Source: Macrostomum lignano
Lineage: Eukaryota
Direction of reading: 5' to 3'
DNA length: 64,000 nt
Assembly: GCA_002269645.1 (NCBI GenBank)
Contig: NIVC01000168.1
Coordinates: 186,001-250,000, forward strand
Every line of letters begins with the position of its first letter. Positions within the stretch are counted from its first letter, which is position 1. The position numbers and the translations under genes were made by a program. A model generated the notes under the pieces. That model was not told where the DNA came from, did not search any database, and saw only the letters and a program-made list of their open reading frames with translations. Positions 23,301 through 36,126 of this stretch are shown here, one piece after another.

Positions 23301-26300
23301 TTTTAACCCATAATCTTTGGAAATATTGCACTTTTGAGTCTATTGCTGATGGAAACTTGTTCCTAGCCATAAAAATGTAAAAGACAAGTTCAATATTTTT
23401 GTAGACGGGTAGGGAGACAGAGGCAGAGGCGGGGGAGACAGAGAGAGGCGGGGGAGACAGAGAGAGGCGGGGAGACAGAGAGAGGCGGGGAGACAGAGAG
23501 AGGCGGGGAGACAGAGAGAGGCGGGGAGACAGAGAGAGGCGGGGAGACAGAGAGAGGCGGGAGAAACAGGAAGAGGCGGGGAGACAGAGAGAGGCGGGAG
23601 AAACAGGAAGAGGCGGGGGAGACAGAGAGAGGCGGGGGAGACAGAGAGAGGCGGGGGAGACAGAGGGAGGCGGGGGAGACAGAGAGAGGCGGGGAGACAG
23701 AGAGAGGCGGGGAGACAGAGAGAGGCGGGGAGACAGAGAGAGGCGGGGAGACAGAGAGAGGCGGGAGAAACAGGAAGAGGCGGGGGAGACAGAGAGAGGC
23801 GGGAGAAACAGGAAGAGGCGGGGGAGACAGAGAGAGGCGGGGGAGACAGAGAGAGCGGGGGAGACAGAGGGAGGCGGGGGAGACAGAGAGAGGCGGGAGA
23901 AACAGGAAGAGGCGGGGAGACAGAGAGAGGCGGGGAGACAGAGAGAGGCGGGGAGACAGAGAGAGGCGGGAGAAACAGGAAGAGGCGGGGGAGACAGAGA
24001 GAGGCGGAGAAACAGGAAGAGGCGGGGGAGACAGAGAGAGGTGGGGAGACAGAGAGAGGCGGGGAGACAGAGAGAGGCGGGAGAAACAGGAAGAGGCGGG
24101 AGAAACAGGAAGAGGCGGGGGAGACAGAGAGAGGCGGGAGAAACAGGAAGAGGCGGGGGAGACAGAGAGAGGCGGGGGAGACAGAGAGAGGCGGGGAGAC
24201 AGAGGGAGGCGGGGGAGACAGAGAGAGGCGGGGAGACAGAGAGAGGCGGGAGAAACAGGAAGAGGCGGGGAGACAGAGGGAGGCGGGGGAGACAGAGAGA
24301 GGCGGGGGAGACAGAGAGAGGCGGGGGAGACAGGAGAGGCGGGGAGACAGAGAGAGGCGGGGAGACAGAGGGAGGCGGGGGAGACAGAGAGAGGCGGGGA
24401 GACAGAGAGAGGCGGGAAGACAGAGAGAGGCGGGAGAAACAGGAAGAGGCGGGGAGACAGAGAGAGGCGGGAGAAACAGGAAGAGGCGGGGGAGACAGAG
24501 AGAGGCGGAGGAGACAGAGAGAGGCGGGGAGACAGAGGGAGGCGGGGGAGACAGAGAGAGGCGGGGGAGACAGAGAGAGGCGGAGGAGACAGAGAGAGGC
24601 GGGGGAGACAGAGGGAGGCGGGGGAGACAGAGAGAGCGGGGGAGACAGAGAGAGGCGGGGGAGACAGGAGAGGCGGGGCAGGAGAGACAAAAAACCACAT
24701 TATAGTTTTGATCAAAACTTCAACCTCCACTTTTACCTTAACAGGCGAAAAATGGCGCGGCCGATTTTCAATCGTTCGATCTGTCGGCCTCGACTCGTGG
24801 GGTGCTGCGCGAAAAAATGATGAAAAAAATAAACGACGATGCAGTCGTATGCATGCTACTGAGCATTTAAGTAGTAGCAGTGGTAAATAGCAAAATAAAG
24901 TTTTCACAATGAAAAAATATCCTAAATCTAAAGGTATACCTCGCCTCGAGTTTGCGGTTGCCCAGCTTCCTGCGGCTTCATCTGTCAATCGATTGTGATT
25001 GGCCAGCCGCCTGTCCAATAGCAGTCTCTCCTCGGATAGGTCGCGTCGAACTCGCGACCTCATCTGTTCCAGCTCGTCGCTGTGCTGAGCGGACTGCCAT
25101 GCGGTCACGGCCGCTTGCTGGGAGTCCAGCAGCTGGCATAGCCGAGACCATTGCTCCTGGGGTGCAATTGGATAAGCAAGGAGGGCACTACTTCTACTCA
25201 TTTTTATCCCTAAAAAATGCTTACATTGGCATTTCTGGGATTCAGTTACTTCGAGGAACTCATTTTGGAGCTCTGAACAGTTTCAGCACTACGGAACTGA
25301 GTCATTGCGGGCACTTATTTTGGCAACTCCGGACACTCTTTTTGGCAACTCCGGACACTCATTTTGGCAACTCCGGACACTTATTTTGGCAACTCCGGAC
25401 ACTTGACCCTCTGGACAACAAGTTAGTCATTCTGGACACCTATTAGACAATCCGGACAGTGATTTTTGCACTCTGGACACTTAGTAAACAATCTGGACAC
25501 TCAGGTAGTCATTCAGGACACTCAGTTAGTCATTCCGGACACTCATTTTTACACTCCGGACACTCATTTTTACACTCCGGCACTTCTTTGGCAACTCCGG
25601 ACACTTATTTTGACATTCCGGACACTTAGAAGAAAATTCGGAGACGATCATTTTGGCGCTCGGGACACTTATTAGAAAATCCGGACACTCATTTTGACAC
25701 TCCAGACACTTAGTAAACAATCTGGACACTCAGGTAGTTATTCCGAACACTCAGTTAGTCATTCCGGACACTCATTTTTACACTCCGGACACTCATTTTG
25801 GCACTTTGGACACTCATTTTGGCACCCCGGACACTCATTTTGGCACTCCGGACACTCATTTTGGCACTCCGGACACTCATTTTGGCACTTTGGACACTCA
25901 TTTTGGCACCCCGGACACTCATTTTGGCACTCCGGACACTCATTTTGGCACTCCGGACAACAAGTTAGTCATTCTGGACACTTATTGGACAATCCGGACA
26001 GTGATTTTTTGCACTCTGGACACTTAGTAAACAATCTGGACACTCAGGTAGTCATTCAGGACACTCAGTTAGTCATTCCGGACACTCATTTTTACACTCC
26101 GGACACTCATTTTTACACTCCGGTACTTCTTTGGCAACTCCGGACACTTATTTTGACATTCCGGACACTTAGAAGAAAATTCGGAGACGATCATTTTGGC
26201 GCTCGGGACACTTATTAGAAATCCGGACACTCATTTTGACACTCCGGACACAGTAAACAATCTGGACACTCAGGTAGTTATTCCGAACACTCAGTTAGTC

Positions 26301-27270
26301 ATTCCGGACACTCATTTTACACTCCGGACACTCATTTTGGCAACTCCGGACACTCATTTTGGCACTCCGGACACTCATTTTGGCACTCCGGACAACAAGT
26401 TAGTCATTCTGGACACTTATTGGACAATCCGGACAGTGATTTTTGCACTCTGGACACTAGTAAACAATCTGGACACTCAGGTAGTCATTCAGGACACTCA
26501 TTTAGTCATTCCGGACACTCATTTTTACACTCCGGACACTTCTTTGGCAACTCCAGACACTTATTTTGGCACTCCGGACTCAGTAGAAAATTCTGACACT
26601 CATTTTTACACTCCGGACACTTCGTAGGCAATCCAAACACTCACTTTGACACTCTTGGCTGGACACTAAGTCTTGACGAAGTTATTGCGAGCTAGTTATA
26701 ATTATCCTTGACTCTAATTTTGGCAAATTTGCAGATCTCTAACCTAATTACCTGTTGCTTATTTGGCGGCAGCAGTTTAAAGCTAGCTTGCATTGACGGA
26801 TATTTGGCAAACAACTCATCCAGAGAAGCTTGATGCAACCGATTCGATTGAGGTTTTTGTTGTTGCTCCTGCGGTTGCTGCGGCTGCTGTTTTGTCTCTT
26901 TCGGTTCTCGAGAAGGATCCAATTGTCCAGCTAGGGCAGACGCCGGTCTCATTGGAAGCTGTTTAATTTCTTCGGCCTTTTTCTTTGAAGTCAATAATAA
27001 CTCATCGTCCGATTGATAGCCTTGTCTGTTATTGCTGGCACTAGTCGTATCTGTTCCAATAGCGACTGCAGCTTCTGAGCAGAACTTTCTACCCTGCTCC
27101 ACAGCCATGCGAGCTCGTTGCAGAGCGGGAGAAACTCTACCACTGCTGCTGCAGTTGTTGTTGCTGACTTGCTGCACTTCCCGGTAAGCAGACGGTGGCA
27201 AGCGTCTAGATTTTGACAGCTTTTTTTTCTTAGAATTGACAGGCTGCTCGGCTGTCTCAGAGTCTGCCAT
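20384..27270 (-). CDS. Uncharacterised coiled-coil, Ser/Arg/Gln-rich protein, ~525 aa; exons 27270-26752, 25156-24940, 24804-24737, 22160-21754, 21044-20789, 20494-20384
   Basis: Six non-repeat segments join through GT-AG sites with compatible phases (0,1,0,2,0) to give 1578 nt. Heptad-like stretches include ELAALLAESRREADWLRARLAEANSRVDELLTENFRLK. No family recognised. Confidence 0.75.
21345..21617. repeat. Near-perfect 16-bp minisatellite TTGGTGCTAAAGCCCC (~17 copies)
   Basis: Direct inspection; lies in intron 4 of the coiled-coil gene. Confidence 0.97.
22350..23165. repeat. 18-bp minisatellite CTAGATGGCCTAGAGTCC
   Basis: Direct inspection; explains the RWPRVP and GHLGTL ORFs. Confidence 0.97.
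23410..24688. repeat. GA-rich ~20-bp minisatellite (GAGGCGGGGAGACAGAGAGA variants)
   Basis: Direct inspection; intronic. Confidence 0.95.
25300..26630. repeat. Complex GGACACT-core (~21 bp) repeat with larger block duplications
   Basis: TCCGGACACTCATTTTGGCAC units. The block TTAGAAGAAAATTCGGAGACGATCATTTTGGCGCTCGGGACAC recurs near 25626 and 26169. Confidence 0.9.
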
Positions 27271-27969
27271 AGGTAATAATGATCAGGTGTCTATTATACT
27301 CTTTTATATCTATATCTATCTTTTCTCAACTCGAATTATATGACTGACAGGTGTGAAGAAGAGAGCTGAGTAGGCAAGCTAAATAGTTTTAAAAGAAATA
27401 GTGGCTATAGTGTTCAACACAAGTGGGTAACTACCTGCTGGGAAGTTCTGATGATGAATAAATTCACCCAGCATACACCCAGTACAGAGCCCATAAAAGA
27501 AGTCTAGAAGAAAACCTATAATGTAAAAACACCATTACAACTATGTCCACAAAGGTTCCATCTGAGTTATGACTTTAGCGTGTATAGGAGCCATGCGCGT
27601 TTGTGTGCGCCGAGAAAACAATTACCATCACGATGATTATATATGTAAAATATTAAACTCTATACGACGCTATTAAACTAAACACAGCTGTTTGAGTAAG
27701 CTACTGCACAATTTTACTATTATAAACGTTGACATAAGTTGCGCCTGAGTAAACAAAGTGGGTTGATGCATTAAGCATTAGCCCTGCATTAACCCCGATC
27801 CTGCATTCATGCAAGAGATGCCAGTAAACTATTTTGCGAGCAGCTTCTTTGGTTCAGAATTGTGCAGTAAAAACTGATGCCGATGCTTATGAGACAATTG
27901 CTTCAACATATTTTTGTATTACCCATTGTTTCAGCTGATGCTGACTTGATTCGAGGCATCAATAAACCT

Positions 27970-28397
27970 AAGGATCTGAAAGACTGGCCCAGCAACTAAG
28001 GATCTGGAAGGCTGGCCCAGCAACTGAGGATCTGGAAGGCTGGCCCAGCAACTGAGGATCTGGAAGGCTGGCCCAGCAACTGAGGATCTGAAAGGCTGGC
28101 CCAGCAACTGAGGATCTGGAAGGCTGTGGCCCAGCAACTGAGGATCTGGGAGGCTGGCCCAGCAACTGAGAATTTGTGAGGCTGGCCCAGCAACTGAGAA
28201 TCTGTGAGGCTGGCCCAGCAACTGAGGATCTGGGAGGCTGGCCCAGCAACTGAGGATCTGGGAGGCTGGCCCAGCAACTGAGAATCTGTGAGGCTGGCCC
28301 AGCAACTGAGGATCTGGGAGGCTGGTCCAGCAACTGAGAATTTGTGAGGCTGGCCCAGCAACTGAGAATCTGTGAGGCTGGCCCAGCAACTGAGGAT
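27970..28397. repeat. 28-bp dispersed minisatellite family, copy 1 (GCTGGCCCAGCAACTGAGGATCTGGGAG)
   Basis: The same unit occurs at 34690-35105, 41775-42220 and 44425-44772. Confidence 0.95.
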
Positions 28398-28786
28398 AAT
28401 CTCCAGCGTTGGGTATGTCGGATTTGTCGGCGGACGTCTCAATGCTGCACAGGAAAGCGCTTCATTCTCACAAGAGTGATTCGATAATTTACATAAAAAT
28501 GAGACACCAATCAACTAGGATATTTAAAGTAGCGGTTTTATCGGAACGTGACTTCTAGTAGTCCTTGGTTATCAGTTTTTTAAAGCAGTAACAAAAAAAA
28601 TATTTTTAATTTATTAGTTTAAATTTGGTCAACCAAAAACGATTTTGATGTGTCTTTTCTGTGTCGTGTCTGGAAGTTGAATCGAATCGTAGGAAATTGA
28701 GCACGTATGTTTATTTTATTTACCCACCACCACCAACATTGTTGTTCAACAGTCAAGATACGAATACTACTCAGTTTTAGAAGCTG

Positions 28787-31210
28787 TCAGCAATGGTTTT
28801 TATCGACTTTAAACACGGCATTGACCATCCGACCGCCGCACATTTGGTCAGAGTCGCCGGCGCAGGGCAATCGACAGTCGGAACGCTCGGCCTCGCCATT
28901 GCTGCCGTAGTTGTCGCCACAGCGGCACTGGTTGCCTTCCCGAAGGGCGAACACCGACGTGCCGCGTTTCAGACAGAGGCAGTTGCACTTCTCACGGGTC
29001 ATGTCATCGCTGGACGACGCAAGTGAATCGAAATCGGGCCAATGATTGCTCTCGAAAAAGCAGCCGACAAAATCTGGAAATGGCAGCCAATTGTAAAATG
29101 CAGATTTACGCACATATGAAAAGCATTGAATCTATTTGCGCAAAAAGATGCAACCCATGTGATGCGCTATTTTTTATGATATCTTTCTTGTTTTCGAATT
29201 TATTAGATCATTCTGACCCTTCTGTGATGGGTTTAGGCCTTTTCGGCTCCTTTGTGGAAGCCTTCGGGCCTCAGGTCTCAGAAATAAATCAATTAGAGTC
29301 CTGGCCCCCCACTCCTGTCAGATGGTCAGCCCCATGGTAGCTTGATCGTGTGGCGAGCAGTCTAGGTCCTATAGCTTAGAGAGGGACAGCGAGAGACAAG
29401 CACGGAGAATTTTGAAGGTAGAAATTAGATAATCCGCAGATTAACTAACCCGCTGCCACCAGCCCGTGCGTTCTGGCTCACCACACCGGAACTTTCGAAA
29501 TCGGGCTTCCGACTAGAGGGGGTTTAGCACTTACCTGCCAACTAGTGTCTTTTTGCTGTCAATCTCGAAGTCATAGCCGATGATAAGGGACAGATGGTTT
29601 GATTAGTTGATTGCATGTGCGCGAGTTTACTAGCCCGTATGTACACTTGCTCGCTGTACAATCATAACAATATATTAGTAAGTGCCTTGGCGCCCTGGGC
29701 AGCCAAGATTGGTCTACGCCTGAAGCCTATTTCTTGTCTTGGCTTGTTCCCACACATTGAAGTTAAAACATAAAAAACCACTTACGTCCGGCCTTGATGG
29801 CACTTTTCTTCTTTTCTCCAAAAACTTGAACTTCGCAAAGAGTCAAGGGTGAGCGTTTCCGATTGTTGATGCGTAGCTTCTGGCCGACCTTATTGCACTG
29901 GAACGTCTTCACAGAAAAGAAGCCGCTCGACTTGAACGAGGCGCACTCCTGACCGTCGACTGTGATGGAAAAGTCGTTGAGTCTCTCTGAGCAGCAGTCG
30001 AGTCGGTTGTAGATTCGAACCTGCTTGACGAGCGATCGCTCTTTGAGAGTCGCTTGCCACCAGCCAAACTCAGATTTTGTGTGAGTGCAGCTTTGTAAGT
30101 GCCAATTAGGACTCGTGTTACCATCGAATGCTCTTTGGCAAACACCATTGGTTGCTGTAGAACTTTGAGAGCATGACACGAGAGCAAGGCGGTCTAAAAA
30201 AGGAAAGAGTTGTTTAAATGCAAGCTAGGTTACACAAGTACTCTATTAAGCATCAGTATGGATAAAAACGGATTGACACCCTGTATTACTCTTTGGAGTT
30301 GGCAGTTTGACTTCCTCTCCGTACACCTGCACTTCGCAGAGAGTCAGCGGTGACGTTTTACGGTTCCTCACAGTCACAACTTGACCGATCCTGTCGCATT
30401 TGAATGCGCGAATTGAAAAGAAACTGTTGGACTTGTACGACGCGCACTCGTGCCCGTCGACCATGATTACAAAGTTGTTTAGTCGTTCTGAGCAACAGTC
30501 AATCCGGTTGGTGATTCGAACCGTCCGAATGTGAGACAGCGACTTGGTTCTCGCCTGCCACCAGCCCTTCTCATTTTTGGTGTGAGAGCAGGAATTGTGG
30601 CTATAGAATTGGTGATCGTTGTTGTCGATGGCTCGACTGCAGACGCCTTCAGAAGAGGTTGAAGACTGCAGACATTCCATCATTGGGAGCCTCGCTGAAA
30701 TCAGATGCACAAGTTCAAATATTTAGTTCTATGCTACTTCCGAAAATGTTTCTATTGGCTAAAGCCTGCTAGTATAGTATGTCTTTCTTATGCGCTTACC
30801 GCCATAAGGATTTCTTGGAATGTAGTTTCCGAAGATCTGCACTTCGCAAAGAGTCAGCGGCGTTTTGATTCGATTCTTGATTACCAGCATCTGACCGACT
30901 TTGTTACACCTGAAGATCTTCACTGAAAATGACTTTCTCGAACTGTATGACTCGCACTCTTGACCATCGAGAAAGATGGAGAAGCTGTTGAGTCTGTCTG
31001 AGCAGCAGTCGAGCCTGTTGTAGATTAGAACAAATCGCACTCGAGCGAATCCGGATCCCCTTATGTAGGCTTGCCAAAAGCCTTTCTCGGCCTTTGTGTG
31101 CGTGCACGAGCCTGCGGCATAGTGCTGGTTAATTCTTCCATCGAAGGCTCGTTCGCACGCGCCTCCAGATGACGTAGAGCTTTGGCAGCACTCACCAAAT
31201 TGCAGTTTGT
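28787..31210 (-). CDS. Three tandem F-type lectin (FTP/fucolectin) domains + C-terminal WSC domain; exons 31210-30800, 30694-30290, 30193-29786, 29073-28787; 5' exon unresolved
   Basis: Each of three phase 1-1 exons carries SC(T/S)HTK...W...NRxDCCS(D/E)RL...LTLCEVQ. The last exon has the WSC pattern FVGCF...MT.EKC...C......FAL..G.QC.CG......C...C.GD..Q.CGG. Confidence 0.9.
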
Positions 31211-33154
31211 CTAAATTACAAATTTGACAGCAAATAAAGTTAATCGTATCGGGTTTTTTAAAGTTACGGGTAAGGTGACCTGCGGTATTTAAAAACCATG
31301 TACTCTTAATATGTACTTTGCACGACGGCGTCTGATTTGACATTCACTGTAACATTGCACCGACATTTTTGCCGACTTTTGCTATTGTCATCCATCGGTG
31401 TAGTGTAAAAAAATAAATTGTCAGCAACGTCCAGCGAAGTCGAATACGTTGGAATTTTGCATGGCTGTTGATCTTCTCATTTTTTATGAAATTCTAAAAA
31501 GCGCAACCATGTACCAGGCTGAGTTAAAATCGATATTTTTAGCTGTACAAATTTGAATAGTCTTGGTACGGGCGTCTTGGGAAGGTGGAACTATCGCAAC
31601 AGCGAAACTTAATATGAAAAGAACCATGTGCATTAGTTTTTGGCGTTGTAAAATTTTGGCTTTATGAAGTCGCTTGCTAGATTTCTCGATGATGTTTTTA
31701 GATTTTGACCGTTTGAATTTTCGACCTTGTGAATGAAGGTGCCTTTGGCGCAGTGAAATATCGAGTTTAGGAAACTAGCTTCTTGGGCGAAGTTTGAAAC
31801 CTTAAACTCCATATAAGCATAAAAGCTTACTCCAGCGCTGCGATATGATACCGTTGTTTTAGCTAATCGTCAACCTTCTTTAAAACCATTTTGTTATAGT
31901 GGATTTAGTATATTTAGATTGTAATTTTCTGTAGGAGTGAAAGAAAAAAATGAATCAAATCAGTATCAAGAAAATTGACTTACTGTAGGCAGTTACAGCT
32001 TGAAGTAGCATTAAAAACAGAAGCCATCGATGCCAAGTCGCTTGAAAAGTGGGCCTGCTGGTCATGCTGAACCGTTAGAATCCTTTTGATAGCCGAATAA
32101 CTTTTTTTAGCAGTTCAGCTTAATCGTTTGAGATCGGTTTGCTCTCGAGGCGGAGGTCTTGTCAATTTTATAGTCTTTAGATTTTCATCTCCTGTCGCTG
32201 ATGGACTGGATTCGGCAGGGTTAGCAGCTGGCAGTGGTCTACATGAACAGTTTTCATGCCCCTATGTATCCGGGTTTTATCCATTACACCTGTATCCTAC
32301 GGAGGCGAGGGTATAGATTAGCTAGGGCTTTTGCTTTCGGTGAGTGAGGAGAGTTAAGCGAGGGCAGTCGTTGAGAGTCTTTTTGCTGCTCTTTCGAGCG
32401 GGTAGGCTTGCAGATCCACCCCTGGGTTGCTCCGCTCCTCGGGGTTGGCAGTGGGTCTGTCGGTCCGCAGCTTCTCACCTCCGGGTTGTGCACACGCTGC
32501 GCTCATTAATCTTTATCGTCTCGTTGGTCAGCTGCTTTGTTCAGATCGCCGCCTCGCTCACCTTCTCTGTCTGGAATGGGTGGTGGCTGCTATTGTCTTT
32601 TCCTGCGCTTTTGCCTTCCACTCACTGTAGGCTTATATTGTGTTGCCTATTGCTGTTTGTATCTTTTTGTATCTGCTTTATACTCTACTCTGGCCTCGCC
32701 TCGCTTTACCGCTCCTTGGCTTTGCTTCTTTATGCGGCCCATTCTTGCGGATTTCTAAGCCCTCTCTATCTCCTTCATGTATACAAGCTTTAAACAACAA
32801 TTGCCTTTAGATACTAACATTAGAGGTAAAAATCGACATGTAGTTTATTCAATTTTTTATTCCGTTCTTCGTTGCCGGGATTTCCGTAGAGCTCTGGAAA
32901 CAGCTGCCCAGTTTGAAAGGGATCTGAACTAGCTGGAAAACGCGATCATGATTTGGCCAAATACGAATGCACTATCAATCTTAGCATTGATTCTATGACA
33001 TTGGCCTTGTGCAGTTTTACTTCAATTCCCAAACCAGGCATTGCAGCTGGTGTTGGGACTCCTGGACCATTTGATTTCACATGACTGTCACAGTAAAAAT
33101 TAACATCAAAGTTACTGGAGATGTAACATTTAGACTAGTTTTTGTACAGTTGCT

Positions 33155-33400
33155 GATATGACGCCAAAATCAGACATCTCAGATATGGCGCCAAAATCAG
33201 GCATCTCAGATATGACGCCAAAAACAGACATCTCAGATATGGCGCCAAAATCAGGCATCTCAGATATGACGCCAAAATCAGACATCTCAGATATGGCGCC
33301 AAAAACAGACATCTCAGATATGGCGCCAAAATCAGGCATCTCAGATATGACGCCAAAAACAGACATCTCAGATATGGCGCCAAAATCAGGCATCTCAGAT
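33155..33400. repeat. 27-bp minisatellite ATGGCGCCAAAATCAGGCATCTCAGAT (alternating variants)
   Basis: Direct inspection; reverse complement is related to the 55-bp array at 54370-54820. Confidence 0.92.
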
Positions 33401-33411
33401 ACTCAGCTGCA

Positions 33412-34125
33412 TGGACGTCCCCGGCGCTGTCCAGGAGGCGCGCCTCGTCTGGGGGATTTACAGAGTCTCAGGAGGCCGGCTGCGGCGGGTGGAGGCGGTT
33501 TCTCGGAATTGAACTTTTAATCTTTGTGCGTCTGTCTTTATCTGACCTTTCTTCGCTGTCTCACCCTGTGTTCCCCTCTCACCCTCTGTGTTCCCCTCTC
33601 ACCCTGTGTTCCCCTCTCACCCTCTATGTTCCCCTCTCACCCTCTATGTTCCCCTCTCACCCTCTATGTTCCCCTCTCACCCTCTGTGTTCCCCTCTCAC
33701 CCTCTATGTTCCCCTCTCACCCTCTGTGTTCCCCTCTCACCCTCTATGTTCCCCTCTCACCCTCTATGTTCCCCTCTCACCATCTGTGTTCCCCTCTCAC
33801 CATCTGTGTTCCCCTCTCACCCTCTGTGTTCCCCTCTCACCCTCTATGTTCCCCTCTCACCCTCTATGTTCCCCTCTCACCCTCTATGTTCCCCTCTCAC
33901 CCTCTGTGTTCCCCTCTCACCCTCTATGTTCCCCTCTCACCCTCTGTGTTCCCCTCTCACCCTCTATGTTCCCCTCTCACCCTCTATGTTCCCCTCTCAC
34001 CATCTGTGTTCCCCTCTCACCATCTGTGTTCCCCTCTCACCCTCTATGTCACCCTCTCCCCGCTGTCACAGATGAATGGATCTGGATGAGGATCCATCCC
34101 AGAGTTGAAATTACCAGAAGTCAAT
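33412..34125 (-). pseudogene. Truncated inverted paralog of the 52979-57475 gene
   Basis: The reverse complement matches the 52979 mini-exon (GATTTATTGACTTCTG|gtaatt vs GATTTATGGACTTCTG|gtaagt, so ATG>ATT). It also matches the start of exon 2 (cgcag|CCGGCCTCCTGAGAC...CTCCTGGACAGCGCCGGGGACGTCCA), with an early in-frame TAA and loss of the rest of the exon. Confidence 0.7.
33555..34065. repeat. 21-bp minisatellite TGTTCCCCTCTCACCCTCTGT/ATG
   Basis: Direct inspection; positional counterpart of the 20-bp array at 53040-53455. Confidence 0.95.
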
Positions 34126-34689
34126 AAATCAGCAGTCAGGAGAGTCAGCTTTTAAGTTAAACAACTCCGTGTGTCGTATGTTGACCCCTGTGCCTCGAAT
34201 TAATTGGCTCAACTGATTTCGTTTCGCTGAAGCTTGCCCTGGGCTTGAGTTTTTGTACGGCTGCCACAACACCCGACCGCAGCCCTGTGTGGGCGGGGGG
34301 GGGGAGCTCCGCAATCCAATCGGAGGTTTCTCGCGGGAATTTCAACTGCTGGCTAATAGGGCGCACTTTGATACCGCTTTCAAGGTGTTTCTTTTTGTTT
34401 CACTTCTCAATGTTCTCGTGACCCAGCGAGTCAAGTGACAATTGCGGCAATTATCCAGTTGCTACGGGGAACTATGCAATGTGATTTTCAATTCCCAGTG
34501 ACCCAGATTGACATGATTCATGTTTGTTACTTATTGTTTCAGAAGTCGCCATAATCAGCGGTGTGTTGTGTGTTGAGGCACCACTGAGGGGATGAAGGTG
34601 AAAAAGAGGATGAAAAAGAGGGGGTGAATGTCACCGCCCTCCTGAGGGTGAATGAGATCGGGTGAATGTCAATGAGAGGGTGAAGAAGA

Positions 34690-35105
34690 GGCCCAGCAAC
34701 TGAGAATCTGTGAGGCTGACCCAGCAACTGACACTCTGGGAGGCTGACCCAGCAACTGAGGATCTGGGAGGCTGACCCAGCAACTGACACTCTGTGAGGC
34801 TGACCCAGCAACTGACACTCTGGGAGGCTGACCCAGCAACTGACACTCTGGGAGGCTGACCCAGCAACTGACACTCTGGGAGGCTGACCCAGCAACTGAG
34901 GATCTGGGAGGCTGGCCCAGCAACTGACACTCTGGGAGGCTGACCCAGCAACTGAGGATCTGGGAGGCTGAAGCAGCAACTGACACTCTGGGAGGCTGAC
35001 CCAGCAACTGACACTCTGGGAGGCTGACCCAGCAACTGACACTCTGGGAGCTGGTCCAGCAACTGAGGATCTGGGAGGCTGACCCAGCAACTGAGGATCT
35101 GGGAG
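34690..35105. repeat. 28-bp dispersed minisatellite family, copy 2
   Basis: GCTGACCCAGCAACTGACACTCTGGGAG variant; flanked on both sides by GAGGGTGAA-type sequence. Confidence 0.93.
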
Positions 35106-36126
35106 GGTGAAAAGAAAGTGATATTAGAGACAAAAATGAATAAAATCGTAGCAAAGAATTGGTAATGATATTCTATTCACAAAAAACACATTATAGCATT
35201 ATTTATCAAATATATAACTCCGCTTTAACAACCAGTTTTATTTTCGTTCACCTAAAACGCCAGCACTAGCAACAACAAACGAATTTTATTAGCGACTTTA
35301 TCGAAAGTACAAGTCAAAACAGTCCAGCTTTATTAGAAAAGAAAACCGGTTGCGCAAAAAATGCATTCATAATCGTAAGATTTCAAGCTTAATAACTTAC
35401 ACTATTATACTACTAAAAAGTAGGACGCAGAATCAGTAGAATAAAAAAATATATCAACCATAGTTTGTGAAATACGACACATGATTGGAAGAGCATGTAG
35501 TTTTAGCTTAATAGGAAAATTAATTATGATTAGAAATTTATAAGTTTGGCTTTATAAATTAGGAACTTAAAAAATATGGGTTAGAGGATAAATGGGTTAA
35601 GTTTCTAAAAATATTTTAATTCTCTAAAATATGACACCAATTAATCAATATAGGTTGTTTAACTATTGAAATGTAAATAATGTCTGACTTTCGACTTTCG
35701 TATGTCTCTTACACTTTGTCACTGTTTTCATGTCTTCTACATGTTTATGTCATTATGTGTTTTAATGTCTCAGATGCTTTAATGCCTCTACATGTATGTA
35801 TATTACTCATAATGTTTTCTTAAATTTTTATGTCACTGTCTTTTAATATCTTTTGTTTCTGACGTCACTATCTTTTAATGTTTCTTACGTTTTTAATGCT
35901 AATTTAAAAGATAGCCAACGAATATCTTTTAACGTACGTTATGTTCTTTTAAAGTTTCGATTGCATTTCATTGTCCCTACTATAGTCTTTTAATGTGTAT
36001 TACGGATTTTTTAATGTCTCTTAAATTATTCTCTGAAATATGTCTCTCAGTTAAAACAAAATTTTCTATGCTCCCAAGCAAACTGTTATAATGCCTAAGA
36101 TTTCAAATCAAATCAATCAATCAAAT

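Noticed and set aside
23290-24820. 450-600 aa Ser/Pro/Leu ORFs
   Set aside because: Read-through of a GA-rich minisatellite; only the non-repeat parts of 23390-25201 are real exons.
32128-33120. GC-richer stretch with several short ORFs, possible retroelement 5' region or lectin gene 5' exon
   Set aside because: Stops in the plausible frames, no identifiable motif, and no signal-peptide exon could be joined.
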